This document shows, one piece after another, positions 51,801 to 64,000 of a DNA stretch of 64,000 bases (its first letter is position 1; each line of letters starts with the position of its first letter). Both the position numbers and the translations under genes were made by a program. The stretch is from Paraspadella gotoi (Eukaryota; Animalia; Chaetognatha). The stretch spans positions 4,080,093-4,144,092 of the forward strand of contig CM119271.1 of NCBI GenBank assembly GCA_051294375.1, in the 5' to 3' direction. The notes under the pieces were generated by a model. That model was not told the origin of the DNA, did not search any database, and was given only the letters and a program-made list of their open reading frames with translations.

Positions 51801-54800
51801 CGGAGCCTCGAAAAGAGGGAACCAGGAAAAAACTTACTTTGACATAACGTAACAGTCAGGCAGAGCAGCAATCCCGTTCCCGCGCATCGCGACTCAAGTA
51901 TCGAATGTCCCCGGCATCTTCAAAGATGTTCAGGAGTTACACCTGCGTACACACTTGACGAGGGAAAGAAAGAAGAGGGGCCACAGCATGTCACGAAGGC
52001 GAGACAGAGGTACACACCGGACAGCGGACCGACGAGCGAGGGCGTCCAGAGCTAGGCAGAAAAAGCACAATTCGAGAATAGGCGTCATCAAACGCAGTCG
52101 AAGGAACCCGGTTCTGACACACGGGATTCGCACACACGAGAACGCGCGTTGCAGTGGAAAAATAACGATATACGAGGATCTCGTCGTAACGTACGTAACG
52201 GAACGCCTGACCGTATATTCTTGCATCGCTTATAAGTAAATTGTAAAAGAAAAAGAGTGATAAATGTTTATAAAATCTCAAATTCGAATAATTCAAGCCA
52301 AAAATTAGAAGCTAAACATGTATCAACAGTATTTTTTTTCTCGCCTATGTCTAATCGCACAGAGCAGTGTGAATCAACTTAAAATATTTATAACCTCGTT
52401 ATAAAATCAAAAAAAGCGTCTAGAGTTTACTTCTCAAAATTCAAGTATAACGCATCGATAACCGTTTATTTTGTTTTGAATATCAATAGAAATCAACATA
52501 CGGATTTGTTACCGAACGACAGATATAACAAATCTACTTTATGCTTTTTGATATATTTAGAACACATGTCCAAGTTAGTTGATATATAAAAATATATATT
52601 AAATTAACTATAAAAAAGCAACGACAAATTAATCTCTTAGATGAGGATGACGAGGGTCTATGCCATAAGCTTCTCACTTCGTATTGTGAGGATAATAAAC
52701 GACGTTTGAGTAAGAACAGAGGCTGTATGATCAACAAACACAAGAGAGACAAAAAAAAAGAGAACAACGAGAATTCACTGCATGTTATTGAAAACACCGT
52801 CTAATTAGTTAAGCTCTTGAGCAGGATTAATAATTATCTCACAAAACCGTGCTCAAGAGAGCTGACTTTTTAAAGACGATATACAAACTTTACCGTAATT
52901 TTCATAAATACGCAATATTCTAACGGCGACGAGTAAGGCCATTGCAATCCCAAAGCAGGAAAACAAAAGAGTAACTGTTAGCGACTCAATTTAATAATAA
53001 AGGCCGCTGATGGCAGTACGCAATCTATAAAAGCTAGCCTCGTGTCTAAAATAGGGACTAAAAAATGATTCTACCAGAGTGGTATGCAAACCGGTGCGAT
53101 CCGGGTTCAAGTTCCCTGAGAAGTAATCGCACAAAGAGTCAAACACCAAAAGAGAAAAAGAAGTTCGGAAAAAATAGCCGCTAGCTACCAGAACGCACGG
53201 TTGGATGGGAGTATAAACAGCCCAGACAGGCCCCGGGTGACTGTCTGTCAGCAGATAGTAGCCATACCGCTTTAGCCCCTTTACAACGTTAGCATAGAAG
53301 ACACAGAAGGAGAGATCATACCCGCTGCTACGGAGGACACAATGGATCCCGGTTGAAAAACGAATTGGGAGATACTAAACAATTATCATCCTCAAGAGAC
53401 AACGCCCCAGGGTATGTGGAAGTCAATGTCCTCCCCTTAGCCCTTTCCTTACGAGAGATCAACAGAAAACATGAGACATTTAAAATACCGATACTCCAAC
53501 GCCGGTTGGAAGGAAGACATAACAATGGGAATAACACACAGGCCGCCGAGGAATATAGATCAGTACCATAGCAATAAAATACCTCACCTTAGCCCCTTTC
53601 TTAACGAAAACACGGAAAAAATAAGGGGTAAGCACAGACGCTGATCCAAATTTATTAGAAATTCTTATTTATTTCACCAACTACCAACAGAATGACAAGA
53701 AGAAGAAGCAAAAGGTGCTTACAAGAGAAAATCAACCCGTGGCTGCCGGGAGATACGTGAAAGGCTCGAGTGGTCGGAAGTCGTTTCCTACGATGAGACA
53801 AAATAAAATTCGGATCTTCTCTAGAAGCGAGACAAATCAGGTCGAAGCATACAAGCGTTCGGGTATTTCATGAGCAGATTTATATCGGATTAGAGACAAG
53901 CTGATAGGTAGTTATCGCGGTGTATTATTATTTGAAGAATGTGTATATTAGAAAATATTAAATAATAAAAACCTATTAACCGTAGTACGGAAAAACGACA
54001 TGTAGCGACCCTGGCCAGATTTAATAAAAAAAGACAAAAACAAGTAACATAAGATAACTAATATTGAGGAAACAAAACCTTAGTAAAAACTAGCCATAAG
54101 AAATTATAGCATGTATTAAGACTGTACCCAAAGGATATTGAAGTATACATAAAATTGTTTTTAATTAATTGATTGTTTCAATGAAGTTTACAGAGTACCA
54201 CTCCACCAAACGAAAACAACAAACAGTAATACTACTAGCCCTAGACACTCTGACGCGATGCAATATAGTCGCGAGAACGAGTTGAGGACGTTTAACAAGA
54301 AGGTAGACAATCTTGAAGATTCGTTAATCGATTACCTCATGGCGGACCTTCGAGCAAGGATAGGAGAGAAGGCAGTTTACGTCGTAGTTGAGATGAGTTG
54401 AGAAGTAGTAGTGCCTAAAAAGATGTGAAGCTGAAGGGAAAATGTGGAAGGATCGTAAGGGCACGTAAATAAAGGGCCAGTTATAATTCTGGTTCTGTCA
54501 GATCTGAATCAAGTCATGGTGAGTACCGATTTAGTCTAGCTACAACTAAATAATTGTAGAAATTTAAAATTTAATGTCGCTAAGAAAAAGTAAGAATAAA
54601 AGATTAATATTTCTGAATTGTGTTAAGATTCAAAACAGTAGACTAGTGCACTGATATTGGCGAAAAAGAAAAATATTGGTAAAACAAAATATTGTTAGCG
54701 ATGTACAAATAAGATACATATAGAATAACGAAGTCGATAAACAATCAAATTTTTGTGATATAGAATATATATACCAATAACATAAATAGAGAAGAAAATT

Positions 54801-57800
54801 ATTATTCTTTTATTAAAATTTAAGTAATTGTCTTTTATATTATTCTTAAAATATATTACTAACGCACGCGGGTTCTCGGACAATTAGAAAGTCATAAAGC
54901 CCACCAACCATGTTCCAATAAAGAGGAGAATCAGTGAACCAGAGAAAGAAAAGAGGATTTTAAAGAGATCTTATCGCAAATCAAAGATTATTACAAGATT
55001 AACAGTTCGTCGGACAAATTATTTAATGTCCTCGTGATTGTTCTTGCAAGAACGGTGACGGATAATGAAGTTTGATGACGAGATCAGAAAATAACCTGGG
55101 GGAGGTCTGGAGGAAAAGAGAAAGAGCGTTCTTTGATTTCAGTTACAAAGACTTGGAACAACAGGTTACAAAGGGGGTTGAACAAAAATTCACCCTGAAA
55201 TAAACACGATACGTTTCCTTAAATAACTAAGTTATTCCCAAATTGCCCTAACCAACATGTAGCTCAGCCAATCGAGTAAAGTAGTACCTCTTGAAAGGAC
55301 AGGACCTGTTCCCAAAGATGCGATTCACCCTCGGTTTAATAATTGTCTCTTAGGGTCAATCGACAAAAGGGTAGAAGAAAAAAAACTATACTTAATGCAT
55401 GATACCAGGGAGAACGATCACGTGACGAATGATAAGGATCATGCGAACACGGGGAGTCGGAATGGGTGCCAATTATGGAGAGAACAAAAGATAATGCATC
55501 GCAAATCGCGGAGGATGACGATACAGAAATAGCTGGGGTTCAAGTTTTAAAAAGCTGTGTGCAAACTAAGCTACACGGCACGATCTAAATATTTGGGGTC
55601 GCTTCGCGAGGAGTACAAGCCCCTACTCTCCAGCGGCAGGATCCAATGTTGTAAAACGCCGAGAGAGATAAATAGGAGGCTAAGAAGGAGTAAGGCGTAG
55701 TGAAAGTTACATACGAAAATTCTATAAAAGTCAATTATGAACACACATACCATCCAGTGAACATTAATTTATAAAAAAAAATTAATTTTATGTTTTTTTA
55801 ATAATATACTTTCGAGTACGCTGAGGTAAACAGACTGTTCAATTCTAATATAATAATAGCTTTTGTTTCTATATATATTATAAAATATTTGTTTAAAGTT
55901 TTTTAAACCACATGCACCACCCAAACTTACCGAGAATGAAATTATTTAAGAAATGATATATAATGAATTTCTTATTAAAAAACAAACTATTGACGAGGAA
56001 TTTATGAATTACATAAATCCTGCAATGCAAAATTCTGTAATAACTAATTATATCCGGGAGAGATTTTATAAAGGATAACGTACTATAGTATATAAATATA
56101 GGCCGACTGCGAAAAAAAGGAGTGTAGAGAAAAGGAAGATACATGGGCATCCTAACCCACACAAGAAGTAATTCCCTCACGCGGGATTTCCTCCGACAAG
56201 GGCGCGGATTCCTCCCCAAGGGGATGAATAACCTCAGCACCAATGGATGCTCTACCGAAGGCAGAGAGGCATATCAAGTAGATACAAGACACGAGGATAT
56301 ACCTCCCAAAAACAGACAGTCATTTGCCATCCAAGAGGGAAACTACATGGAACGCGGACTTCACTTCCCACAAAAAGGAAAAGGAGTTGTCCTACAGCCA
56401 AGAACGCGGAAGAAGATTCCTCCCCAACTACGGGTACGCTACCCAACAAATATTACCTAACCTCAATGATGAAATACCATGAAACCAAAGGATTAACACT
56501 TGCCAAAGATACGGGATACCATCACCACGCGGTATTAAAAGAATAAGATGCGCTACCCATAGGGCCGAATAATCTCCCACAGTATGGGAAAACACCCTAA
56601 CCGCACACGAAGAATTCCTCCTACAGCGGAAAGAGATTCCCTCCCACCCAAGCGAGACTTATCCCAATGACGGAAATTCTACGCCAACGCGGGATTCCTA
56701 CCACGGCCGAGGGAGAATTACCTTCACCAGAGGTATATATTAGATGTAGATTTAATAGAAGGGGCAAGGGAATTTCACCACCCTCACACGCGGGATTCAC
56801 GCGTAACGGCACCGACGGGCAATATCCTTCCACGACGGGATTCCTCCCAATAAGAGCGACTTCCTGCCCCACGCAAAGAAAATGGAAAAAAAGGACAAAA
56901 AAAAAAAAGACCAAAAATAAACAAGAAGGCAACAAGTCCAAAAAAAAAGTAAAAAAAAGGTGACGGGATTCCTCCCAGTCGTGGAAATGTCCTACCCACG
57001 GGGGCAAATTGCGCTCACACATAGTATGCAGAGGAGGATACTTCAAACCTCGATAAACCCACGCAAGGGAATCCCTCACCGCAGAAATGAGACAGGCGAT
57101 TCCTCCACCCGGGATTCCCTCACACAGGCGAACGAATTTACTAACCACAAGTCAAGATGGAAATGTAAAAGACCTACAACAGGGCGGATCACCTCCCCAC
57201 GCAACACGAGATATTCCTGCACCAACAACCTGGAGAAGTTAAGACTCCCCACCACGGATCGAGAAGACAGAGAGGATTTCTCACCACGTCCAAATACAAA
57301 AAAGAAAGACAAAAGTTTTAGAGCCAAAACAAAGGAAAGAAAAAAAAAAGAGACCAGTCAGAATAAAAAAAAAAGAAAAAGGTAGCAAAATAGAGTGAGA
57401 AGATAAGGAAAGGAGCAAAGTAGTCCGGAATGATCATATGCACCTAAAGCGGAATAATCTACGAAGTGGTATAAAGCTGAAAACTTGAAGTCAACCTGTA
57501 TGCATAATTCATAAAAAGGATCAATCTTGCACACATTATTTTGGAGGAAGGATCAACCTGGGCATACTTTGGTCAACTGACAAAATTTGGTAAACTGGCA
57601 TAATTTGGTCAACAGGCATAATTTGGTCAACTGGCATAATTTGGTTAACTCTGCAGAATTTGTCAACTGGCATATTTTTGTCAATTGCATAATTTGGTCA
57701 ATCAATCAATCAATCAGAGAGAGATAAGAGAGAGAAATTTAAAAAAATTCAAATAAATGTGTCTTTTGTTTTTCTAATTTGAACTCTTTCCACAACTAAC

Positions 57801-60569
57801 GTTACATCAAAAAATTTATAATTCAGCTTTATCACATACTTTCCTCCCACACACAAAATTTATTTTAATGAATCAATTTTTTTCCTTGAAACAAGAAAAT
57901 GCAACAAGAAAGTTAATCACAATTTAATGGGAGGAAATCCCGTGTGGGAGGAATCTCTGTGTGAGGAATCCCGTGTGGGAGGAAATGAGTGGGAGGAAAT
58001 CGGAGGAGTGAGGAATCCCTTTGAGGAATCCCGCGTGGGAGGAATCCCGTGTGGGCGTGGAATCCTCCCGGAGCGAAAGAAATCCCGCGTGGAGGAATAC
58101 CAACGCCTGTGGAGGAATCCCGCGGTGGGAGGAATCCGTGTGGGAGAATCCTCGCTGGTGGGAGGAATCCCTGCGTGGGAGGAATCCGTGTGGAGGAATC
58201 CCGCTGTGGGAGGAATCCCGCCCGTGGGAGGAATCCGTGTGGGAGGAATTCCGTGTGGAGGAATTCTTTGGGTCCCGTGCTGGGAGGTAATCCAGAGTGG
58301 GAGGAATCCCTATGCGGGAAGAATTCCANNNNNNNNNNNNNNNNNNNNNNNNNCCTCCCACGCGGGATTTCTCCCACGTCAATTAAAAAAAAACAAGTTT
58401 GAGCAAACAATGTCGGATCTGCCTACGATAATTAAGTGGTAATAAGCTAACTTGGTCAACTTGCATAATTTAATCAACTTGCATTATTTGGTCAACTGGC
58501 ATACTTTGTCAACTGACAAAATTTGGTAAACTGGCATAATTTGGTCAACAGGCATAATTTGGTCAACTGGCATAATTTGGTTAACCTGCAGAATTTGGTC
58601 AACTGGCATATTTTTGTCATTGGCATAATTTGGTCAATCAATCAATCAATCAGAGAGAGATAAGAGAGAGAAATTTTAAAAAAATTCAAATAAATGTGTC
58701 TTTTGTTTTTCTAATTTGAACTCTTTTCCACAACTACGATTACATCAAAAAAATTTATATTCAGCTTTATCACATACTTTCCTACCCACACACAAAATTT
58801 TATTTTAATGAATCAATTTTTTTCCTTGAAACAAGAACATGCAACAAGAAAGTTAATCACAATTTAATGGGAGGAATCCCGTGTGGGAGGAATCCTGTGT
58901 GGGAGGAATCCCGTGTGGGAGGAAATCAGTGTGGGAGGAAATCAGTGTGGGAGAATCCCTTGTAGGAGGAATCCCGCGTGGGAGGAATCCCGTGTGGGTG
59001 GAATCCCGAGTAGGAAGAATCCCGCGTGGGAGGAATCCCGTGTGGGAGGAATCCCGCGTGGGAGGAATCCGTGTGGGAGGAATCCGTGTGGGAGGAATCC
59101 TGCGTGGAGGAATCCCGTGTGGGAGGAATCCCGTGTGGGAGGAATCCCGCGTGGGAGGAATCCCGTGTGGGAGGAATCCCGTGTGGGAGGAATTCTTTGG
59201 GGAGGAATCCCGTGTGGGAGGAATCCCGAGTGGGAGGAATCCTATGGGGAAGAATTCCATGGGGAGGAATCCCGTGTGGGAGGAATTCCTTGGGGAGGAA
59301 TTCCGTGTGGGAGGAATCCCGCGGGAGGAATCCCGTGTGGGAGGAATCCCATGGGGAGGAATCCCGCGTAGGAGGAATCCCGTGTGGGAGAATCCAGTTG
59401 GGAGGAATCCCGTGTGGGAGAATACCACAGCCACCATATAATATATAAAAAATAATTATCCCGTGTGGGAGGAATCCCATGGGGAGGAATCCCGCGTAGG
59501 AGGAATCCCGTGTGGGAAGAATCCAGTTGGGAGGAATCCCGTGTGGGAGGAATACCACAGCCACCATATAATATATAAAAAATTAATTTTCAGCTTAAAT
59601 ATAGCTTTTTCTAATTTTTGACCCACTTAATAAAGGAATTTTTAATTTTTTTAATAACTTTTTATGACGAATTCAAATCTGCAAAAAAAAAATCTTAGAA
59701 AAAACTTTTATGAAATTTTAACATTTATTGGTTTAATATTAGTATAAATATGGCCTACTGCGTAAATTATAAAATTTATTATAATTTTTTTATTACATAA
59801 ATGTTTATTAATATAATATTGTTCGTTCCTCACTTTTAAAATTTTAATTAAAAAGTTAAATTTATAAATTTTACTACGCCTTACTGAAGAGGTCGATACA
59901 AGCGATAAATCCGGCGACAGAAAAGAAAAAGATTCGGGACACGAACTCGTAGACAAATGGATGAAATGGACGAAAGGGCGACGGATAAAAATGGACCCCG
60001 CGGGAGAGAGGGTGACGAGAGGGCGTGGCGGTTTCGCGAAAAAAAAATGGAACGGCCCCGTAAATCGGTGGGTTTATTTTAAACGTTTTTCTCCGTTATT
60101 TTTATTCACATTTATCTTCCTTTAAATAGTTTTAGGCATTTCTCATAGATTAAAATTTCGTCACAAAGCAACATTTATTATTTTAAACGTGAGACGCTCA
60201 CCGAAGACTGATTATTCACGAGGTTGATGACAGTTGATTCGCTTCCCTTGTCGACGAGATCCGGTTTGGTCACCACGCCGAGGGTTCGCTCTCCGTCGGG
60301 GTCAACCTTAAAATGGAAGAACAGGTTGACTTGGTTTACTTTCTCGATTTGAATAAATAAATAATTGTAAAAACTATTTGGGTTGTAAAATTTGTAACTA
60401 AAGGATGTGTATATTTAAAACATGAATCTGGTTTTGAGACTGTTATTGTTTTCGGTTGTTGTCGTTTTCATTCCTTACGCTTTTGGCGAATTTGATGGCT
60501 TCCACATTAGCGACGTCGACATTGGCGGGGCAGACGACGAGGATGATGGTGTTAGGCTGCTCGATGTAA
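39900..60569 (-). CDS. Mx: Mx-like GTPase, paralog B; 5'-partial, 10 clean exons, convergent with paralog A
   Basis: Minus-strand exons 60569-60479 ([30 protein letters not shown]), 60306-60202 ([21 protein letters not shown]), 47494-47396 ([12 protein letters not shown]), 47267-47133, 46816-46678, 46507-46382, 45494-45205 (MRGRELLPY), 43939-43763, 41314-41036 ([18 protein letters not shown]), 40064-39900 (TGA). All GT-AG and phase-consistent. Exon lengths 91, 105, 99, 135 and 177 nt equal those of paralog A exons 6, 7, 8, 9 and 12. Confidence 0.9.
40277..41030 (+). mobile_element. Two direct copies of SINE-like family B (40277-40519, 40826-41030) flanking a ~305-bp spacer with internal tandem repeats
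   Basis: Both copies run from aaaatccay-caaccattcatcagcggccattggtg to ggttctgtcactaa..caataattactgtctcttca. The spacer holds 2x ~48-bp (40563-40655) and 2x ~50-bp (40706-40825) repeats. Confidence 0.75.
41670..43548 (+). mobile_element. Tandem/nested Helentron-associated (HINE/DINE-1-like) non-autonomous elements
   Basis: 5' AACAAGtttgagcaaacaa.gtc.gatctgccc heads at 41670 and 41958 (also 58392). GACA/GACG microsatellite at 42530-42557. 3' hairpin ends gaatctgctgataagcagatccgactaaaaa (41925-41958) and tatagagtcgggatctgttgaaagcagatccgactaataa (43511-43549). Confidence 0.65.
46042..46320 (+). mobile_element. SINE-like family A' copy with internal deletion and tandemly duplicated 3' end, in an Mx B intron
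   Basis: gtggcagtacgacttaaagctgcctcgtctcaatgg...gtgcgtcccgggttcaatccc matches the 31160-31414 element. The 3' block ccgctgctccaacgccgg...ccttacaacagacg occurs twice. Confidence 0.72.
47783..47997. mobile_element. MITE-like element, ~215 bp with ~42-bp terminal inverted repeats
   Basis: tttttaattttcgcagtaggctatatttttatactgtactat at the left end; reverse complement with 3 mismatches at 47956-47997. Related sequence at 59590-59770. Confidence 0.65.
48005..48642 (+). repeat. 16-bp minisatellite (GGGATTCCTCCCACRC)n
   Basis: About 40 tandem units visible directly; source of the spurious [10 protein letters not shown]-type ORFs. Confidence 0.95.
48647..57300 (+). other. Very noisy, A-insertion-inflated second rendering of 43517-48640 (Mx B exons and introns)
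   Basis: Starts agtcgggatctgttgaaaaagcagatc as at 43517. Recognisable copies of the Mx B exons, the SINE and the satellite follow in the same order, with about 5.1 kb stretched to about 8.6 kb by inserted A/G-rich bases. Confidence 0.88.
58447..58637 (+). repeat. ~19-bp tandem array (TTTGGTCAACTGGCATAA) inside a HINE-like element (duplicate at 57480-57700)
   Basis: About 10 units directly after the AACAAG...gtcggatctgcc head at 58392. Confidence 0.85.
58868..59552 (-). repeat. Same 16-bp minisatellite in inverted orientation (noisy duplicate at 57927-58328)
   Basis: (GYGTGGGAGGAATCCC)n on the plus strand. Confidence 0.95.
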
Positions 60570-62059
60570 CTGGAAAGTAATAATATGACCAAAGGTTGAG
60601 TCATTACAAATGATCTCACATAAAAAAATCTTAAAAGCATAAGGATCGTCGCAATAGCATAAGAAAAATCTGGATTGAGGACAAATTTTGATACAAAAAA
60701 AATAAAATTTGAGAAAAAAAAATTAAATTATAAACAAAGAAAANNNNNNNNNNNNNNNNNNNNNNNNNGAAGAAACAAATTACCCCTGCGCTAGAGTTGT
60801 GTGGCGGGTCTTGTCAATAAAAAAACGACTAATCTTTAAAGTAACGGAACGAAAATCAAAATTAATGTTTCTGACAAAATAGATAAACTCTGATAAGCAT
60901 GGCACGACATGCGAAAGCTATAATGTTACGCAGTTCAATCCCTAATAACGTGAGAGACGAGAGAGAGAAAGATGAGAGAGAAGACGACAGGCCGAGAAAA
61001 AGACAAGATAATCAAAACAGCAGCACAGAACAGCAGCAGTAGAGAAGAGAGAAAAAGAAAGAGCCACTGCAGAGCCAGCTGCAGACTCAACACATCGCCA
61101 GCAGCAGCAAGCAGCAGCGCAGAACAAGGAGGAGAAAAAGAATAAGCCCCTGCCAGCAGCCAGCTTTGCAAGACATCGTTTTTTCTCCCACTGATTAGTG
61201 AATCCGGTGACTAGCGAAAAGAGGAAGAGGGAGAGAGACATGCTAATAAAAGCAGAATAAGAGAGACTGAGAAAGAGCATTGATCCGAAAATAGCAACAG
61301 ATCAGAAAATTTGGTTTGTTTTTGATAAACCGCCTAAACAAACATATTTTTAATCAACTCGCTCGCAGCACTCCCAATTTTCAAGCACACTCTCCATGCA
61401 CTGGAGAAACGCCCTGCTAATCATAAAAACTTCTTCCAGCTTCATACCACGACCCCAAATTTAATGCAGTCAATTAAAAGGACCTCATCCCTATGGTCAA
61501 TCTTGGAACCGCCCGTACGACAAACCAACCACAACCGACCGCCACCCAGACGCACCCACCGGCCGACTCGCCCCACTTTGACCCGCCGCACAAGAGCGGC
61601 TTAGCCAACTATGGCGTCCCCGCCCCAAACGCGCTAGCGTGATTGGCGACCTCGATTAACAAGCCACCCGATCTTTATAATAGCCCCACGGATCGTTGCC
61701 TGTGAACATCTGGGCATGCTCACTGTTTGCTTTGGGGGATTCCCGACTATCCTCAGCAGTGACGATACCTCCCTGCGATCACCGTGAGCGTCGGGTTTCC
61801 CTAGGGACCGGCGTCTCGCCTTTACCAAGCACAGGAATAGTCGTTAGGACGCCGTGCGATGGAACCCTAAGCTGCGTTTAGGATAGTGTGAGCCACGCCC
61901 TCTGAGACCAATCGAGATTGGAATGAATATAGGTGTGAAGTGAGGCCTGTGGTTGATGGTCTTTGATTCAAGCCACGTAACAGTTCACATCAAGACATTG
62001 AAACTCGGCAAGAGAAAAGCTAAAGTAAAAGAGCCAGTTCTGAAAATCGAACTAGCATA

Positions 62060-62450
62060 AATCAGTGACCTCGGGTTTGAGTCATATTGCGCTTTAGATT
62101 TGAGGTCGTCAACTGTCCGCGACTTCGCTGATGCGTCCCGCGGCGAGCCGCACACCCGATGCCGGGCCAGTATCCGAACAGGCGGTCAGATTTCGGGGCA
62201 CGCATGGCGCGCTAGAGCCTCGCAGCTTTGGATTCTGCCACGGTTGACACCGCCAGTCCCCGAATTCGCGCCCGTCCAAGTCGTTCGTGGGCCTGCCAGG
62301 CGAATCCGCCCGCATCGGATCTCACCTCCATGCCGTGATGCCGGGATATTGCTGTCCCAGGCCTTTTTTGGCTTGCGCCCCGGTTTATTTTGTAGCTCCC
62401 AGGTGGTTCGGGCGGCGAGAAAAGATCGGATGCGTGGAGTTTCGTAGTGC
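62060..62450 (-). other. Insertion-riddled copy of Mx paralog B exons equivalent to paralog A exons 4-5, probably uncorrected long-read gap fill
   Basis: The reverse complement contains cag|gaatgcac (R-M after an acceptor), gcccacgaacgacttggacgggc (about AQNDLTG; paralog A AQNELTS) and gtgccccgaaatctgacc...ggatactggcccggcatc (about VPDLT..DLPGI). Order and strand are as expected upstream of exon 60569, just beyond the 25-N gap at 60744-60768. Confidence 0.6.
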
Positions 62451-64000
62451 ATTCCTGGTTCGGAGAAAACACAATGATAAAAAATCTTAAAGACGTGCAA
62501 GATGCGAGCCGAGAGCCTACTATGCATTAGGAACAATTAATGAAAAAACCGGGAAAGAAGACGAATGGTCAATCAGTTGCCGGATAGACAGAATTATTGA
62601 CGGGTGTAATAGTTAATTGATTGAGGCTTAATATAATTGGATTGGAGATGTAATAGGTAATTCCTATTGATGTAATAGCAATTGTTATGTTTGGAGTTGC
62701 GATGATAACCAACTATTGATGCCGACTGATAGTCATTTTACTGCCCTGTTGATGCTATATGTCATTCAGCTGATGCCCGCGATGATTGTCATTCCATTGA
62801 TTCGTGATGATAAGTCCCATTAAGTTGACGCGATGTAAATCATATCATCGTAAATTAAAAACAAACAGATGATGGGTGTGATGGAGTTAAATCGAGAGAG
62901 AGAGTAGAGAGAGAGAGACGAAGACTGAGAGAACGAGAGAGAGAGAAAGCAGAGAGGAGAAAGGAAAGAGGAATAAATCCAGAAAATTCTCGGATGTGAA
63001 AACTATGGAATTTTGTTTAAAAAAAATGCGGAGATAAAATCGGGCAAGTAATAAAGTTTTTACTAAGGAAAAAAAATAATCAAATTTTTCAAAAAAACAA
63101 GACGATCACGCAAGAGATCGGACACGAGGCAGAGACAGACACACCACAGAGAGACACGAGACGAGACAGATGAGAGAAAAATGAGAGAGAGAGAAAGAGC
63201 GCGATAAATAATAATTAAATAGAGACAGAGAGAGAGAGAAACTCCCCACAGCCCCTCTACTCGTCAAAGAATCAAGAGTACCTCTTGGCCGCCGACGTTA
63301 GCCCGTGAGCTCTTCTGCTACCAATGACCCGGGTTTCGCACCCTGTTCGCACCCCTGCTTGATTAGTGATTAAGTGAGCCCTAACATGAAATGAGTAGTC
63401 TCAAAATCTTTTTTGTAAAAAAAGAGCCGAGAAGAGACGGAACTAGACGACGGAGCAATGAGACGGAGAGAGAGAGAGCAAGACAAGAAAAGGCGACAAG
63501 AAGGCTGGAACAGACCGCTGCCAGGAGCCGGAACTCGGTTTTAGACAAATCAGAAGAAGCAGTGACGCGAGAAAAGAGAGAGAGAGGAGAGCGACAATAT
63601 ATTTAAAGAAACGAGTCAGAGAGACAGCGACCATTAATTTAAAAACGTTTTTTTTTGGTAATAATAAGAACGTACTAACAACTATAACAATAGCGAATAC
63701 TTGATAGTGGAACGAGTGGACAATTTTTAAAGATTCGGTGGATCGATGAGAATTCTCCGATGATCATCACCATGTACATAATGTCCATATCTCAAGAACT
63801 TCTCACGCTATGATATGCACGACGTTTCAATGAAGCATGGATGGGTGCAGAAAAAGCGTGGACCGAATTAGAGCTAAGCCGAATCAGAAGAGGTCTAGCC
63901 AGACGGGGCGGGTTCGCTAGCGGGTAGCCGCACTCAAGTGGGTTGAGTCGAAACAATCTGTAGGGGCGAGGAGTACATGGCTTCACAGACGAACCGATGT

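Larger units (their letters stand above)
956..60768. other. Assembly gaps: 25 N at 956-980, 4839-4863, 9249-9273, 58329-58353, 60744-60768; 10 N at 33759-33768, 41611-41620
   Basis: N runs counted directly. Confidence 0.98.

Noticed and set aside
47890-59567. Long ORFs with [10 protein letters not shown] / [10 protein letters not shown] repeats
   Set aside because: They are translations of a stop-poor 16-bp minisatellite, open in several frames on both strands.

Overview
Intron-rich eukaryotic DNA, most consistent with an invertebrate animal (AT-rich introns with (AG)n/(GAC)n microsatellites, CpG-rich exons), from an error-prone gap-filled assembly. I could reconstruct three spliced genes by hand. 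(1) A 4-exon type I membrane mucin with a SEA-like domain (21300-28567, +). (2) A complete 15-exon, 753-aa Mx-like dynamin-family GTPase (32323-39405, +). (3) A divergent second Mx-like paralog facing it tail-to-tail (39900-60569, -); its 5' exons survive only as an indel-riddled copy near 62.1-62.4 kb. About 25-30 kb (1-8.8 kb, 9.3-16.4 kb, 48.6-58.3 kb, 60.8-64 kb) is duplicated or noisy sequence abutting 25-N gaps and is probably assembly artefact. Best leads: the two Mx paralogs have reciprocal, intron-containing stalk-loop expansions and LIR-like motifs; the mucin SEA-like domain is split by a second mucin tract with a furin site; several dispersed repeats carry twister/twister-sister-like hairpins or tRNA-derived heads preceded by conserved hairpins. 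All family assignments come from motif recognition only; no searches were run.
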